A DNA stretch of 63,987 nt, the filler included, from Thraustochytrium aureum (lineage: Eukaryota), in NCBI GenBank assembly GCA_012862495.1. It is 7 parts of 5 records of this genome, joined end to end, with 100 filler letters (N's around TTAATTAATTAA, not from the genome) between each part and the next. Parts side by side here need not be neighbours in the genome. Positions count along the whole stretch, not along the records: positions 1 to 22,074 come from BLSG01000109.1; positions 22,175 to 30,914 come from BLSG01000110.1; positions 31,015 to 39,063 come from BLSG01000111.1; 4 more parts are not named here. One strand, written 5' to 3'. The notes under the pieces are model-generated. The model made no database searches. It saw nothing but the letters and a program-made list of their open reading frames with translations, and was not told the DNA's origin. Both the position numbers and the translations under genes were made by a program. This document shows, piece by piece, positions 21,725-31,246 of this stretch. Position 1 is the stretch's first letter; each line of letters opens with the position of its first letter.

Positions 21725-22013
21725 GCGGAACGCTTTCATGCGGAACGCTTTCGTACGAGCGGAACGCTTTGGTGTGTGCGGAACGCTTTCGCACTTGCGG
21801 AACGCTTTCGCACTTGCGGAACGCTTTTGCACTTGCGGAACGCTTTCACGCGGAACGCTTTCGCACTTGCCGAACGCTTTTGAATGTGCGGAACGCTTTC
21901 GCACGAGCGGAACGCTTTCGAACTTGCGGAACGCTTTCATACGAGCGGAACGCTTTGGCACTTGCGGAACGCTTTCGCACTTGCGGAACGCTTTCGCACT
22001 TGCGGAACGCTTT
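21725..22013. repeat. Minisatellite: 16 copies of a GCGGAACGCTTT core with 7-nt (twice 3-nt) variable linkers, consensus period 19 bp
   Basis: Parsed directly. The core is identical in 15 of 16 copies and the most common linker is CGCACTT. Confidence 0.95.
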
Positions 22014-22118
22014 GGCAGGCACTAAACCCCACCCTTTTGCGCGCGCGGCGGCTGCATTGCCTGAATTCTGTTCTNNNNNNNNNNNNNNNNNNNNNNNNNN
22101 NNNNNNNNNNNNNNNNNN

Positions 22119-22130
22119 TTAATTAATTAA
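22119..22130. other. Artificial scaffold spacer TTAATTAATTAA (also at 30959, 39108, 51557, 56957, 62824)
   Basis: Identical 12-mer with stops in all frames, flanked by equal-length N runs, six times in the window. Confidence 0.95.
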
Positions 22131-23067
22131 NNNNNNNNNNNNNNNNNNNNNNNNNNNNNNNNNNNNNNNNNNNNTTGGCAGGTTGGCAGCAACCTGGCAG
22201 ATCCTCCCTCCCACCTGGTGCGGTGTCCATCAAAATCGGTGAGAGGCGCCGTTTTGTGTCGCGAATCTCTGCAGCCGAAACCGCCGCTCCACTGCCTCTG
22301 GCCGCGGCGTCCGCCCCACAATCCGCGCCCATCCACTCGCCACCGGTGAACCTCCCGAGTGGCCTGCCTGCTGGGCGTCACCCTCGCCGTCAGCGTTCCA
22401 CATCCTCTACTTGCACGACCACCAGGCCAACGAGGTTGCGTACTGCAAACTGCGGGTCCGAGGTGACTTGCGCCAACAAATCGCCCCAGAGCTTCCACCG
22501 CAGACGAGCAGCGAGTGCGCACCGACCGCTCTCTACAGAGTGCTCTTTCTTTCTTTCGTCATACCTACGTCGTGGTGAGTACCTGCACGACCCTGTCTGT
22601 TTGTGCAACGTAGGTTGGTTTGGTTGGCTTATCCACCACAAAACTTGATTTCTATCACCCTTCCTGTCGCCTTTTCTGTCTTTCTTTTGCTCCCAATGCG
22701 CTCAAGACCCACGTTGCCCTCGGTGCTGTTCGGAGCCTCGAAAACTAGACAGGCTGTGGGTGGCGCTGCTCTCCCCACTGGCCGCCGCTCGGGTCAAGAG
22801 CCAGGCCCCCGCTGTGAGGAGCCCCACCCAGCGTACAGGATCAAAACAAAACGCAGCTTGCTGGCCGTGGGCCGCACGGGCACTCCTCTCCCCTGGCCCT
22901 GCGGGTGCCCCGCCCTCTGGCGGCTGAGAGGGGCGCGGAGTACCTCTGTGGGCGCCCTCCTTCCATGCTGTGAGGTGCAGAATCAGATTCCTAACTTCGC
23001 ATCTACGAAAACAACGCCTCGCCCTCTCTACGCCCGCCTCCAGAGGTCTCCCCCTCTCTCCACAGAG

Positions 23068-23072
<5 letters not shown>

Positions 23073-23102
<30 letters not shown>
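23073..23102. repeat. (GA)n microsatellite
   Basis: Directly visible. A (CT)n tract follows at about 23133-23157. Confidence 0.9.
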
Positions 23103-23104
<2 letters not shown>

Positions 23105-23358
23105 CAGAGAGACCAACTACTCGTAAGGGTACCCTCTCTCTCTCTCTCGCTCTCTCTGTACTCCATAGTACTCTACTCTGCTCTACGCAACCTACAGAGG
23201 GGTCCTACAAAAAGCAATTGAATCAGCAAAAAGCGGTGACAGGTGCATGCATGCATGAACATTGGTTTTGATGCATCGATTGATGATTGAGCTTCTGCAG
23301 CCACAGAACAGCGAGGACGAGCTAGCAGTCGCGCAACAGAAGCGGACGCGCATCGAAC

Positions 23359-23390
<32 letters not shown>
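23359..23390. repeat. (GCA)n microsatellite (similar tracts at 26881-26908 and in YIF1 at 57153-57180)
   Basis: Directly visible. Confidence 0.9.
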
Positions 23391-23391
<1 letters not shown>

Positions 23392-23881
23392 GCAGGGGCA
23401 GCAGAGCAGGGCGGGGGCAGTTGGTGAGTGCTNNNNNNNNNNNNNNNNNNNNNNNNNNNNNNNNNNNNNNNNNNNNNNNNNNNNNNNNNNNNNNNNNNNN
23501 NNNNNNNNNNNNNNNNNNNNNNNNNNNNNNNNNNNNNNNNNNNNNNNNNNNNNNNNNNNNNNNNNNNNNNNNNNNNNNNNNNNNNNNNNNNNNNNNNNNN
23601 NNNNNNNNNNNNNNNNNNNNNNNNNNNNNNNNNNNNNNNNNNNNNNNNNNNNNNNNNNNNNNNNNNNNNNNNNNNNNNNNNNNNNNNNNNNNNNNNNNNN
23701 NNNNNNNNNNNNNNNNNNNNNNNNNNNNNNNNNNNNNNNNNNNNNNNNNNNNNNNNNNNNNNNNNGTTGACGCGCGGTTTGTGAGAGGCTGGGGCGCTCG
23801 CTGGCAGCGTCGCGCGAGGGCTTGGCTGACAGCGGGACCAGGTCGGAAGGGGAGCCGCGACGCGCGTGGGCTGCGGGGAAG

Positions 23882-25075
23882 ATGGTGACCGTCGCCGGGA
23901 TAAAGGAGGAGGCGGAGCGGCTCGGCGAGAGCAAGGCTGCGGAAGGCAAGGCCACGACAGTCAAGGACAGCGAGCGCGCCGCGTACAAGGCCAAGGTGAT
24001 GGAGCTGTACCGGAAGCAGGTCCCGGTGAACACCGATATCGGCGCGGTGCGCAACGAGCGGCTGTTCCCGCTGCCGCTGTTCCTCAAGCCGTACTTGCTG
24101 GAGATGATCGAAGACCCGCGCGACTATATCGCGCTGGAGCTCCTGGTCAACATGTCGGTGATCGTGGTTCCCTTGCTGGTGCTCTTTTGCATGTACCCGT
24201 CGCACCTGTTCGGCGTGGCGCTGATCGCGTTCAAGCTGATCGTGTTCGGGGCGCGCTTCTTCCTGACCCTCCACGTGACCTCGCACCGCCGCCTCTTCAA
24301 GCAAAAGTACTGGCTGCTCAACTCGTGGGCGGGCTCGGTGCTGGCCTTCTCGATGGGGATGCCGCCTGGGTTCTACTACATCCACCACGTCATGATGCAC
24401 CACTGCGAGAACAACGTGTTCCCCTACGACATCTCCAGCACGATGCCGCACCAGCGCGACCAGTGGAGCGAGCTCGCCCTGTATGTCAGCCGCTACTTTA
24501 CGCACGCGGTGCTGTACCTCCCCTACTACGCCTACAAGAAGCAGAGGTATGGCCTCCTGGCGTACCACATGGTCTGCTGGCTGGCCTACTTTGTGTTTAG
24601 CGGGTTTCTGTTCCAGACGTACCCGCTGCAGGTCATGTGGCTCGTGTACATCCCCTTCCTGTTCCTGGGCCCAATCATCATGCAGGGCAACTACACGCAG
24701 CACATCTTCGTCTGCCCGGACGACCCGTTCTCCAACTACAAGCTGGCCTTCAACTACATCTGCCACCCGGACAACCAGATCACCTACAACGACGGGTACC
24801 ACATCGTGCACCACATGTCCTCGCGCCTGCACTGGTCCGAGATGCCCCAGTACTTTGAGGACAACATCGACAAGTTTGCGGAGAACGACGCCTTTGTGTT
24901 CCAGGGCATCGACAACAACAAGGTTTTCACCTGCGTCTTTGGCAACCGATACGACGAGCTGTACAAGCACTGGGTGCAGCTGCAGCCCAACAACATCCGG
25001 ACGGTTGAGGAGTTTGAGCGCCTCTGCCGCCACCGGCTGCAGCCCATCCACAAGTCGAACAAAAAATCGCTTTAG
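23882..25075 (+). CDS. Membrane-bound fatty acid desaturase superfamily protein, no cytochrome b5 domain
   Basis: Three His boxes HVTSH, HHVMMHH and YHIVHH, several TM segments, strong C/G-ending codon bias. Confidence 0.85.
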   Translation: MVTVAGIKEEAERLGESKAAEGKATTVKDSERAAYKAKVMELYRKQVPVNTDIGAVRNERLFPLPLFLKPYLLEMIEDPRDYIALELLVNMSVIVVPLLVLFCMYPSHLFGVALIAFKLIVFGARFFLTLHVTSHRRLFKQKYWLLNSWAGSVLAFSMGMPPGFYYIHHVMMHHCENNVFPYDISSTMPHQRDQWSELALYVSRYFTHAVLYLPYYAYKKQRYGLLAYHMVCWLAYFVFSGFLFQTYPLQVMWLVYIPFLFLGPIIMQGNYTQHIFVCPDDPFSNYKLAFNYICHPDNQITYNDGYHIVHHMSSRLHWSEMPQYFEDNIDKFAENDAFVFQGIDNNKVFTCVFGNRYDELYKHWVQLQPNNIRTVEEFERLCRHRLQPIHKSNKKSL

Positions 25076-25308
25076 ATGGCTCTCGCTAGCTCTAGAGCTA
25101 GTAGTAGCTATTGATAGAGTCTTCGTCCACTAAACCCACCCGCCATTTCTTCATTACCGTGCCACGCCGCGCTCGCTCGAGCTCTCTCGACTAGCTAGAG
25201 CGCTCGCTACCTCCAACGCTGGCTCGTGCCGTGTCGTTTCCCGCTTGGTTCCGAAACCCAGTCCCAGCCTCTCCTCTGCCGCCGCCGCCGCTAGCCGGGC
25301 ACGCGAGG

Positions 25309-26157
25309 TCACTCGTCCAGCCGCGGGAACAGCACGACGGAGCCCTTGCTAGGCCGCTCAAACTCAAATCTACCATGTGAGGCTGTCAACTGGCGCGCCG
25401 ACTCCTCAGTTCTTGCCGCGGCAGGGACGCCGAGGGCGTCCAGCGCCGCCGCCGACGCCTCTGGGATAATCGGCTGGAGCAGCACACAACTGATCCGCAG
25501 CGACTCGAGGATCCAGAACATGGTCGTGTCCACACGAGCGCGCAGTGCGGCGCGCTCCTCCTCTGCCCCGTCGCCGCCTTGCTCTTCGAGCTCGCGGAGC
25601 CGCTTGCGCGCGACCCAGGGCTCCTCCAGCGTGTACACGCGGTTCGACTCCTTGAGCGTCTCCATGATGAGCTCGACGCCCTTCGCAAACTCGAGCTTGT
25701 CGTACAAGGCCCCCACGCGCGTTGCGAGAGGGGCGAGCCGCTCAGAGGCCAGCGCGCTCGCGCTGGGGTCCAAGTTGGCGAGCGGCGCTGGCCAGCAGGC
25801 TTCAGGCGTGATACGCTTGACGAGGGACCGCGACACGAGGTTGCCGAGCGTGTTGGAGAGCTCGTCGCGGCGCCGGGCTTCGAGCATGGACAGCGAAAAG
25901 TCCGCATCATCAGCAAGCGAGCCGTTGCGCAGCAGCGCGTAGCGCACCGTGTCGCGGTCGTACTTGTCCACCAGGTCGAAGGGGCACATCACGTTGCCCA
26001 GCGACTTTGACATTTTTGTGCGATCAACGGTCCAGTGCGCGTGCGCGACGACGTGGTCCGGCGGCTCGATCCCGGCCCCCATCAAAAACGCAGGCCAGTA
26101 CAGGGCGTGGAAGCGCACGATGTCTTTGCCGACCACGTGCACGACGCGGTCGAAGCC
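25309..26157 (-). CDS. MARS2: Methionyl-tRNA synthetase, bacterial/mitochondrial type, C-terminal part (N-terminus in gap)
   Basis: VGKDIVRFHALYWPAFLM, KMSKSLGNV and ELSNTLGNLVSR, followed by an anticodon-binding helical domain. Confidence 0.9.
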   Translation of the reverse strand, partial: GFDRVVHVVGKDIVRFHALYWPAFLMGAGIEPPDHVVAHAHWTVDRTKMSKSLGNVMCPFDLVDKYDRDTVRYALLRNGSLADDADFSLSMLEARRRDELSNTLGNLVSRSLVKRITPEACWPAPLANLDPSASALASERLAPLATRVGALYDKLEFAKGVELIMETLKESNRVYTLEEPWVARKRLRELEEQGGDGAEEERAALRARVDTTMFWILESLRISCVLLQPIIPEASAAALDALGVPAAARTEESARQLTASHGRFEFERPSKGSVVLFPRLDE

Positions 26158-27207
26158 NNNNNNNNNNNNNNNNNNNNNNNNNNNNNNNNNNNNNNNNNNN
26201 NNNNNNNNNNNNNNNNNNNNNNNNNNNNNNNNNNNNNNNNNNNNNNNNNNNNNNNNNNNNNNNNNNNNNNNNNNNNNNNNNNNNNNNNNNNNNNNNNNNN
26301 NNNNNNNNNNNNNNNNNNNNNNNNNNNNNNNNNNNNNNNNNNNNNNNNNNNNNNNNNNNNNNNNNNNNNNNNNNNNNNNNNNNNNNNNNNNNNNNNNNNN
26401 NNNNNNNNNNNNNNNNNNNNNNNNNNNNNNNNNNNNNNNNNNNNNNNNNNNNNNNNNNNNNNNNNNNNNNNNNNNNNNNNNNNNNNNNNNNNNNNNNNNN
26501 NNNNNNNNNNNNNNNNNNNNNNNNNNNNNNNNNNNNNNNNNNNNNNNNNNNNNNNNNNNNNNNNNNNNNNNNNNNNNNNNNNNNNNNNNNNNNNNNNNNN
26601 NNNNNNNNNNNNNNNNNNNNNNNNNNNNNNNNNNNNNNNNNNNNNNNNNNNNNNNNNNNNNNNNNNNNNNNNNNNNNNNNNNNNNNNNNNNNNNNNNNNN
26701 NNNNNNNNNNNNNNNNNNNNNNNNNNNNNNNNNNNNNNNNNNNNNNNNNNNNNNNNNNNNNNNNNNNNNNNNNNNNNNNNNNNNNNNNNNNNNNNNNNNN
26801 NNNNNNNNNNNNNNNNNNNNNNNNNNNNNNNNNNNNNNNNNNNNNNNNNNNTCCTCTTCTCGAGCGCCTCCGCCTCCGCCGCAGCAGCAGCAGCAGCAGC
26901 AGCAGCAGCCCGAGCGTTGCGGCTCTGCGCGCTCTCGCGCTCGCCAGCCGCACGGGCAGTGCCTTCCTTCCTTTCTTCCTTCGAGTGGTTTTTCGCTTTG
27001 CACAACAACGCTGCGAAAAGTCGATGAGGCGGACGCGACGCCAAGGCTGGACGCGGGCACGCTGCTCGCAGGCCGCCAGCCGCGCTCTCGCGGCGCCACG
27101 GTGGTCGAGGCGATGTGGATCTTGCCATTTTTGTTTCTACTTTACTTGCTGCGCGCTGCTGCGGGCGGGCGGGCGGCGGCTGGGCGGCCGGGTTGTTGTG
27201 GGGTCCG

Positions 27208-28216
27208 CTATGCGAACGGGTCCCACGATGCCGGCGAATTGGTGCTCTGCTGGGCGTGCTGGAGCGATGGGGAAGCCCATGTTGCGCCAAGGCGGCCTTG
27301 GTCTGCAGGAGGCACGTGCGGAGCGGCGCCAAGCGCGCCACCCACAAATGCTGGAGCGAGTGTTCTCGGCCAAGCCTGCGGCGTGGGCTGTTGCTGTTGC
27401 TGGTGCTGGACCTGGTGCTGCTGGGCTTGCTGCTGGTGATGCTGCGAAAACTGCTCGTGCAGGGGCTGTTGGAAGTGGAGGACTTGTCCTGGCTTGGCGA
27501 ATGGGCTGTTCGCATGGGGCATGTTCGGGTAGGAAGCCGGAAAGTGTTGCTGGGATGGATCGGCGGCGGGCGGCGCGCCTGGGTGGTACGGCGATGCAGC
27601 GGTATAAACCCCGTCGTGGTTCGGCGACGTAGCGGTGTGAAACGCGTCGTGGGTCGGCGCCTGCGAAAGGGGCCGGAGGCCGCCAAAGACCTGCCCCGGC
27701 GCGGGCTCCAGCGGCATCGAGGCTCGGCTCGCCGGCGTCGCGCTCTGTGCCGAGCTTGTGGCGAAGTGCGCCGAAGACAAGGACAAGGTCATGGGCACGG
27801 CCCCGGGCGGCGTCTCTAGATCCTTCGTCTCGCGCTCCTCCGTGCGGGCGTTGGCCGCTTCTGCCTCGCTGAGTGAAAGCGCAAGCGCAAGCTGCAGCGA
27901 CTCGTCAGTTGGCCCAGCCTCCCTTGCCTCGGCTAGGCTCTGCTCGAGCGCGACCTTGAGCGACTCGTCGTTGCTCATTCCGAACTGGGCCTTGGCGGCC
28001 GTGGTGTAGTCGACGGCCAAGTCGCGGGGCAAGAGCGTATCCTTGTCTTGGCGCTTCTTCCACCCACTGAGCCTGGAGATGCTGCCGGACACCTCCCAGG
28101 CGGTAGATCTTCTTCATCTTGCTCCGCAGCTTGTTCTGCTTGCCGCGCTCCCCGAGGCTCAGCGCGTCGTCGTCCAGCTCGCCGCGCTCGTCCGAGTCTC
28201 GCCGCTCGGTCTCCAT
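27208..28216 (-). CDS. Ubiquitin-interacting-motif (UIM) protein with Q/P-rich disordered C-terminus; frame break near 28095
   Basis: Two UIM-like motifs, DESLKVALEQSLAE and DESLQLALALSLSE; ends WDPFA. N-terminus from ORF 27905..28216. Confidence 0.65.
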
Positions 28217-28986
28217 CGCGGTTCAGTTCCCTCTTCGGCAGACCAAGTCCCGCGGGCCAACCCAGCGAGACCCGCACCGGCCCAAAGCCCAGCGTTCGCG
28301 CGCGTCCGTGCCGGCACTGCCGAGTCTGTGCTCGATTGCAGGCGCGTTCGTTCGTCCGTGTCGCATTGATTTCAAGAATGCCCTCAAAAACTGATCCAAT
28401 GTTGTGCCACCAAAATCAACCAAGTACTTGAAAGTGCCCCTGCCAGTGGCCCAGCCTGAGCGCGAACGAATCAAGCCCCTCCCTCCTTGTCCTCAGGCTG
28501 TCCTTCCCTCCTTCCCGGGGCCTGCTCCTCTACCTCTAGAGAGAGCAAGCACCTGCCAGTGATTGAGTAAGTTCTCTCGCTCTGGACTGACTCGGAGGCT
28601 CCAGAGGGGTCACCAGCTAGAGTAGGTCTTCAGGTACAGGCTGAGGCATTAGGTAGAGTACCTCAGAGTCCGAGCCCCTCGCTCGCTGAGGCTCGTGCAT
28701 TCGCTTGCGAGCCCCTCAGGCCGCCCACGTGATCCATGGGTCTGACAGAGTCAGTCAGTAGTGGAGGACTTGCTCCAAATGCACGCGCCCTCCTTCCTCG
28801 CAGCGAGCAAGGAGCCGTTCTGTCGCGCGCGTCACCAGGGACCCCCGGTGACGAGAGGCCCGTGAGGCGGACGTCGGAGAAAAATGGTGGGGAGAGTTCG
28901 CGGCAGGACCCAGGACGTGGGAGCACGCGGTGGGCAGCAGGGCGTGGCGGCAAGGACGCGCAGATCGCGGCGGGCGCGCGGGGAGG

Positions 28987-30597
28987 ATGAAGTACTCTTC
29001 GACGGAGAAGAGAGCCATCGCGAAGGCGGTGGCGGAGAGCAGGAAGCCGGACGGCTTGTTCGCCATCGACAAGGCACGGTTGGAGGAGATCGCTGTGGTT
29101 GGAGCGCTGGCCGTTGAGGAGGCGCAGGGAAAGGAGCTGGCCCGGAGCGAATGGAATTGGGCCACCTTGAAGGCGCGCGACGGGTCCAAGATATACACAA
29201 ACTTGGTGAACAACAAAGGCTTTGACGAGGAGCTCCGCCTAGTCGGATTCTCCGACACCGACCTGGAGGCCCTGCGTCGCGTCCAAGGCGCGGCCAAGCC
29301 AGCCACGGAGAAGCAAGTCAAACTGCGCAAGGCCGCTTGCGAGAAGTTTGATGTGCCGTATTTCCCCTCGGTCGTTCGCGTGCGACGTACAAAGAAAGCC
29401 CAGGCAAGCGACCTTCAAGCGGCCAAAACCGCCGGCGAGGCCCTCCGGACCGGGGCCGAGCAAGAGAATAGACCCCAACCCTCCTCCCCGTCCACGATTC
29501 CCAAAGAACAGAAAAAGCGGAAAGCGAAGGTGAACGGACGCAACGACGACGGACTCCGGTCCTCCATGTGCTCCATGTCGACCCCAGGCTCACCTGGTCA
29601 CAGTGACGGCCAGGCGCAGGAGAACCTCGCCGACCAGGCGCAGGAGACTCGGGCCTCAAGTGAGACCGGAATCGGCGACGACTCATCCGAGGATGACTTG
29701 GCGGGATTTATTGAATCTGCGTCGCACCATTCGCCGTTGCCATTCTTGGTGAGCGAGGAAGAGTCTCCAGCTCATGTCCCAGGAGCAGGCTCGTACAGGG
29801 TGGGGTCAAACACTGGTGTATTCAACAATAACGGAAAGTTCAGGAATGGCAGTATGCCTGAACTGGACCTCGCCGAGATCCATATCCCAGCTCACAACGC
29901 TTCCTCCGCGTCTTTACTCAATCCGGGATCTCTCGGAGAGCCACTTTTCTCGTCGCCCTCGGGCTCAGCTCGCCGAGGGCAGGGCGCGTCCCCCCACATG
30001 CATCTCGCGGGCGACGACCGCCAACTGGAACGTTCGAGTCTGATCGAAAACAGCGGGATGGAAGGCTCGGCTTCCGACTCGCACTCAAATGCTGAGCCCG
30101 CAAGCCCCGACAGCGAACCATTTGTGGACAAAATGATCGCTCTCCTTCGGCCAGTCCTGAGCGAAATGTTCCGCGCAAACAAATTCTTGCATGATTGTGA
30201 CCCACGAGAAACTGGTTTCGACGAGGGTGCGCCAAAGCGTATGCCCAACTATACAGACCAAATCGCAGCGGAAAACCATTCGTTTGCGGGCTCGAGCGCC
30301 TCAACCCAAGCTACGGAGACCCCGGGCACTCCGGGGAGCCCGGTCGCTCTGCCGCGGGACGCTTCGTCGCATCACAAGCGGGCCTTGTCGCCAGACTTTT
30401 CCAGCGACGTGGTGTCGGAGCCAAACACGGACACAGGAGGGCCGGTTGCGGAGCAGCCCCACAAGCGAAGGCGCCTTGGGAGCGCGGTCGCGGAAGCCGC
30501 TGGCCCAGAAATGGGCAAGGTCGCGGCGGCCTTTCTCACGGTGGCGGTCGCTGCTGTTTTTTCCCCGGGCACCCTCGCAAGCTTCCTCGGCTACTAA
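28987..30597 (+). CDS. Hypothetical protein (globular N-terminus, basic NLS-like motifs, Ser-rich middle, hydrophobic C-terminal tail)
   Basis: Long ORF (about 536 aa) from ATG 28987. No family recognised. Confidence 0.7.
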   Translation: MKYSSTEKRAIAKAVAESRKPDGLFAIDKARLEEIAVVGALAVEEAQGKELARSEWNWATLKARDGSKIYTNLVNNKGFDEELRLVGFSDTDLEALRRVQGAAKPATEKQVKLRKAACEKFDVPYFPSVVRVRRTKKAQASDLQAAKTAGEALRTGAEQENRPQPSSPSTIPKEQKKRKAKVNGRNDDGLRSSMCSMSTPGSPGHSDGQAQENLADQAQETRASSETGIGDDSSEDDLAGFIESASHHSPLPFLVSEEESPAHVPGAGSYRVGSNTGVFNNNGKFRNGSMPELDLAEIHIPAHNASSASLLNPGSLGEPLFSSPSGSARRGQGASPHMHLAGDDRQLERSSLIENSGMEGSASDSHSNAEPASPDSEPFVDKMIALLRPVLSEMFRANKFLHDCDPRETGFDEGAPKRMPNYTDQIAAENHSFAGSSASTQATETPGTPGSPVALPRDASSHHKRALSPDFSSDVVSEPNTDTGGPVAEQPHKRRRLGSAVAEAAGPEMGKVAAAFLTVAVAAVFSPGTLASFLGY

Positions 30598-31246
30598 GTT
30601 TCGGTAGCCTGGACAACGCCGCACCTCTAGCCACAGCGCTAGCGGCGTTCTTTACATCTCTTGCTTTCTTCTGAAAGCAGAGCGACAAGCGTGCGCTTTT
30701 TAAAAAAACGACTTGTCATTTTTCTTTTCACCGCTTCGCGCGACGACGCATGGCGTCGCAAGGTGTCGAGGACATGTGTCAGCAAGCCGCAAGCATGCGC
30801 ACAGCGCTGAACCCGCATTGCTCGAACGCTCCACAGCAGATCAGAACGCAGCGCAACGCGGGAAGCGTTGCTCCCTCCCCGTCGCCCCTCGCGTCCCATC
30901 TCGAGCGGCAGTGANNNNNNNNNNNNNNNNNNNNNNNNNNNNNNNNNNNNNNNNNNNNTTAATTAATTAANNNNNNNNNNNNNNNNNNNNNNNNNNNNNN
31001 NNNNNNNNNNNNNNAATTCCTTTGAGGTCGTCGCGTCTTTTAGCGTCGCGTACTGTAGCGTAACAACCCCACCCAAATGGAGTATGTCTACAGGTTGTAT
31101 CTGGTTGGTTGGTGGAGTACTGAGTATTCATTTGCCCATCAGTATGAGCGCCGGGTACTCTGCAGTACTTCGCCTATGTATGTATACTGCGCCATTCAAG
31201 CGCTCTCTAGTTGCTAGAGAGAGAGCTAACCTTGCGCGCGACGCCC

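Noticed and set aside
21725..22013. CRISPR array
   Set aside because: The 12-bp repeat and 3-7-nt linkers are far too short, linkers recur, there are no cas genes, and the context is eukaryotic.
23192..25051. Long antisense or overlapping ORFs (also 3728..5059, 16268..17917, 32519..34057, 49378..50394)
   Set aside because: Shadow ORFs caused by high GC and the codon bias of the real gene on the opposite strand; no motifs.
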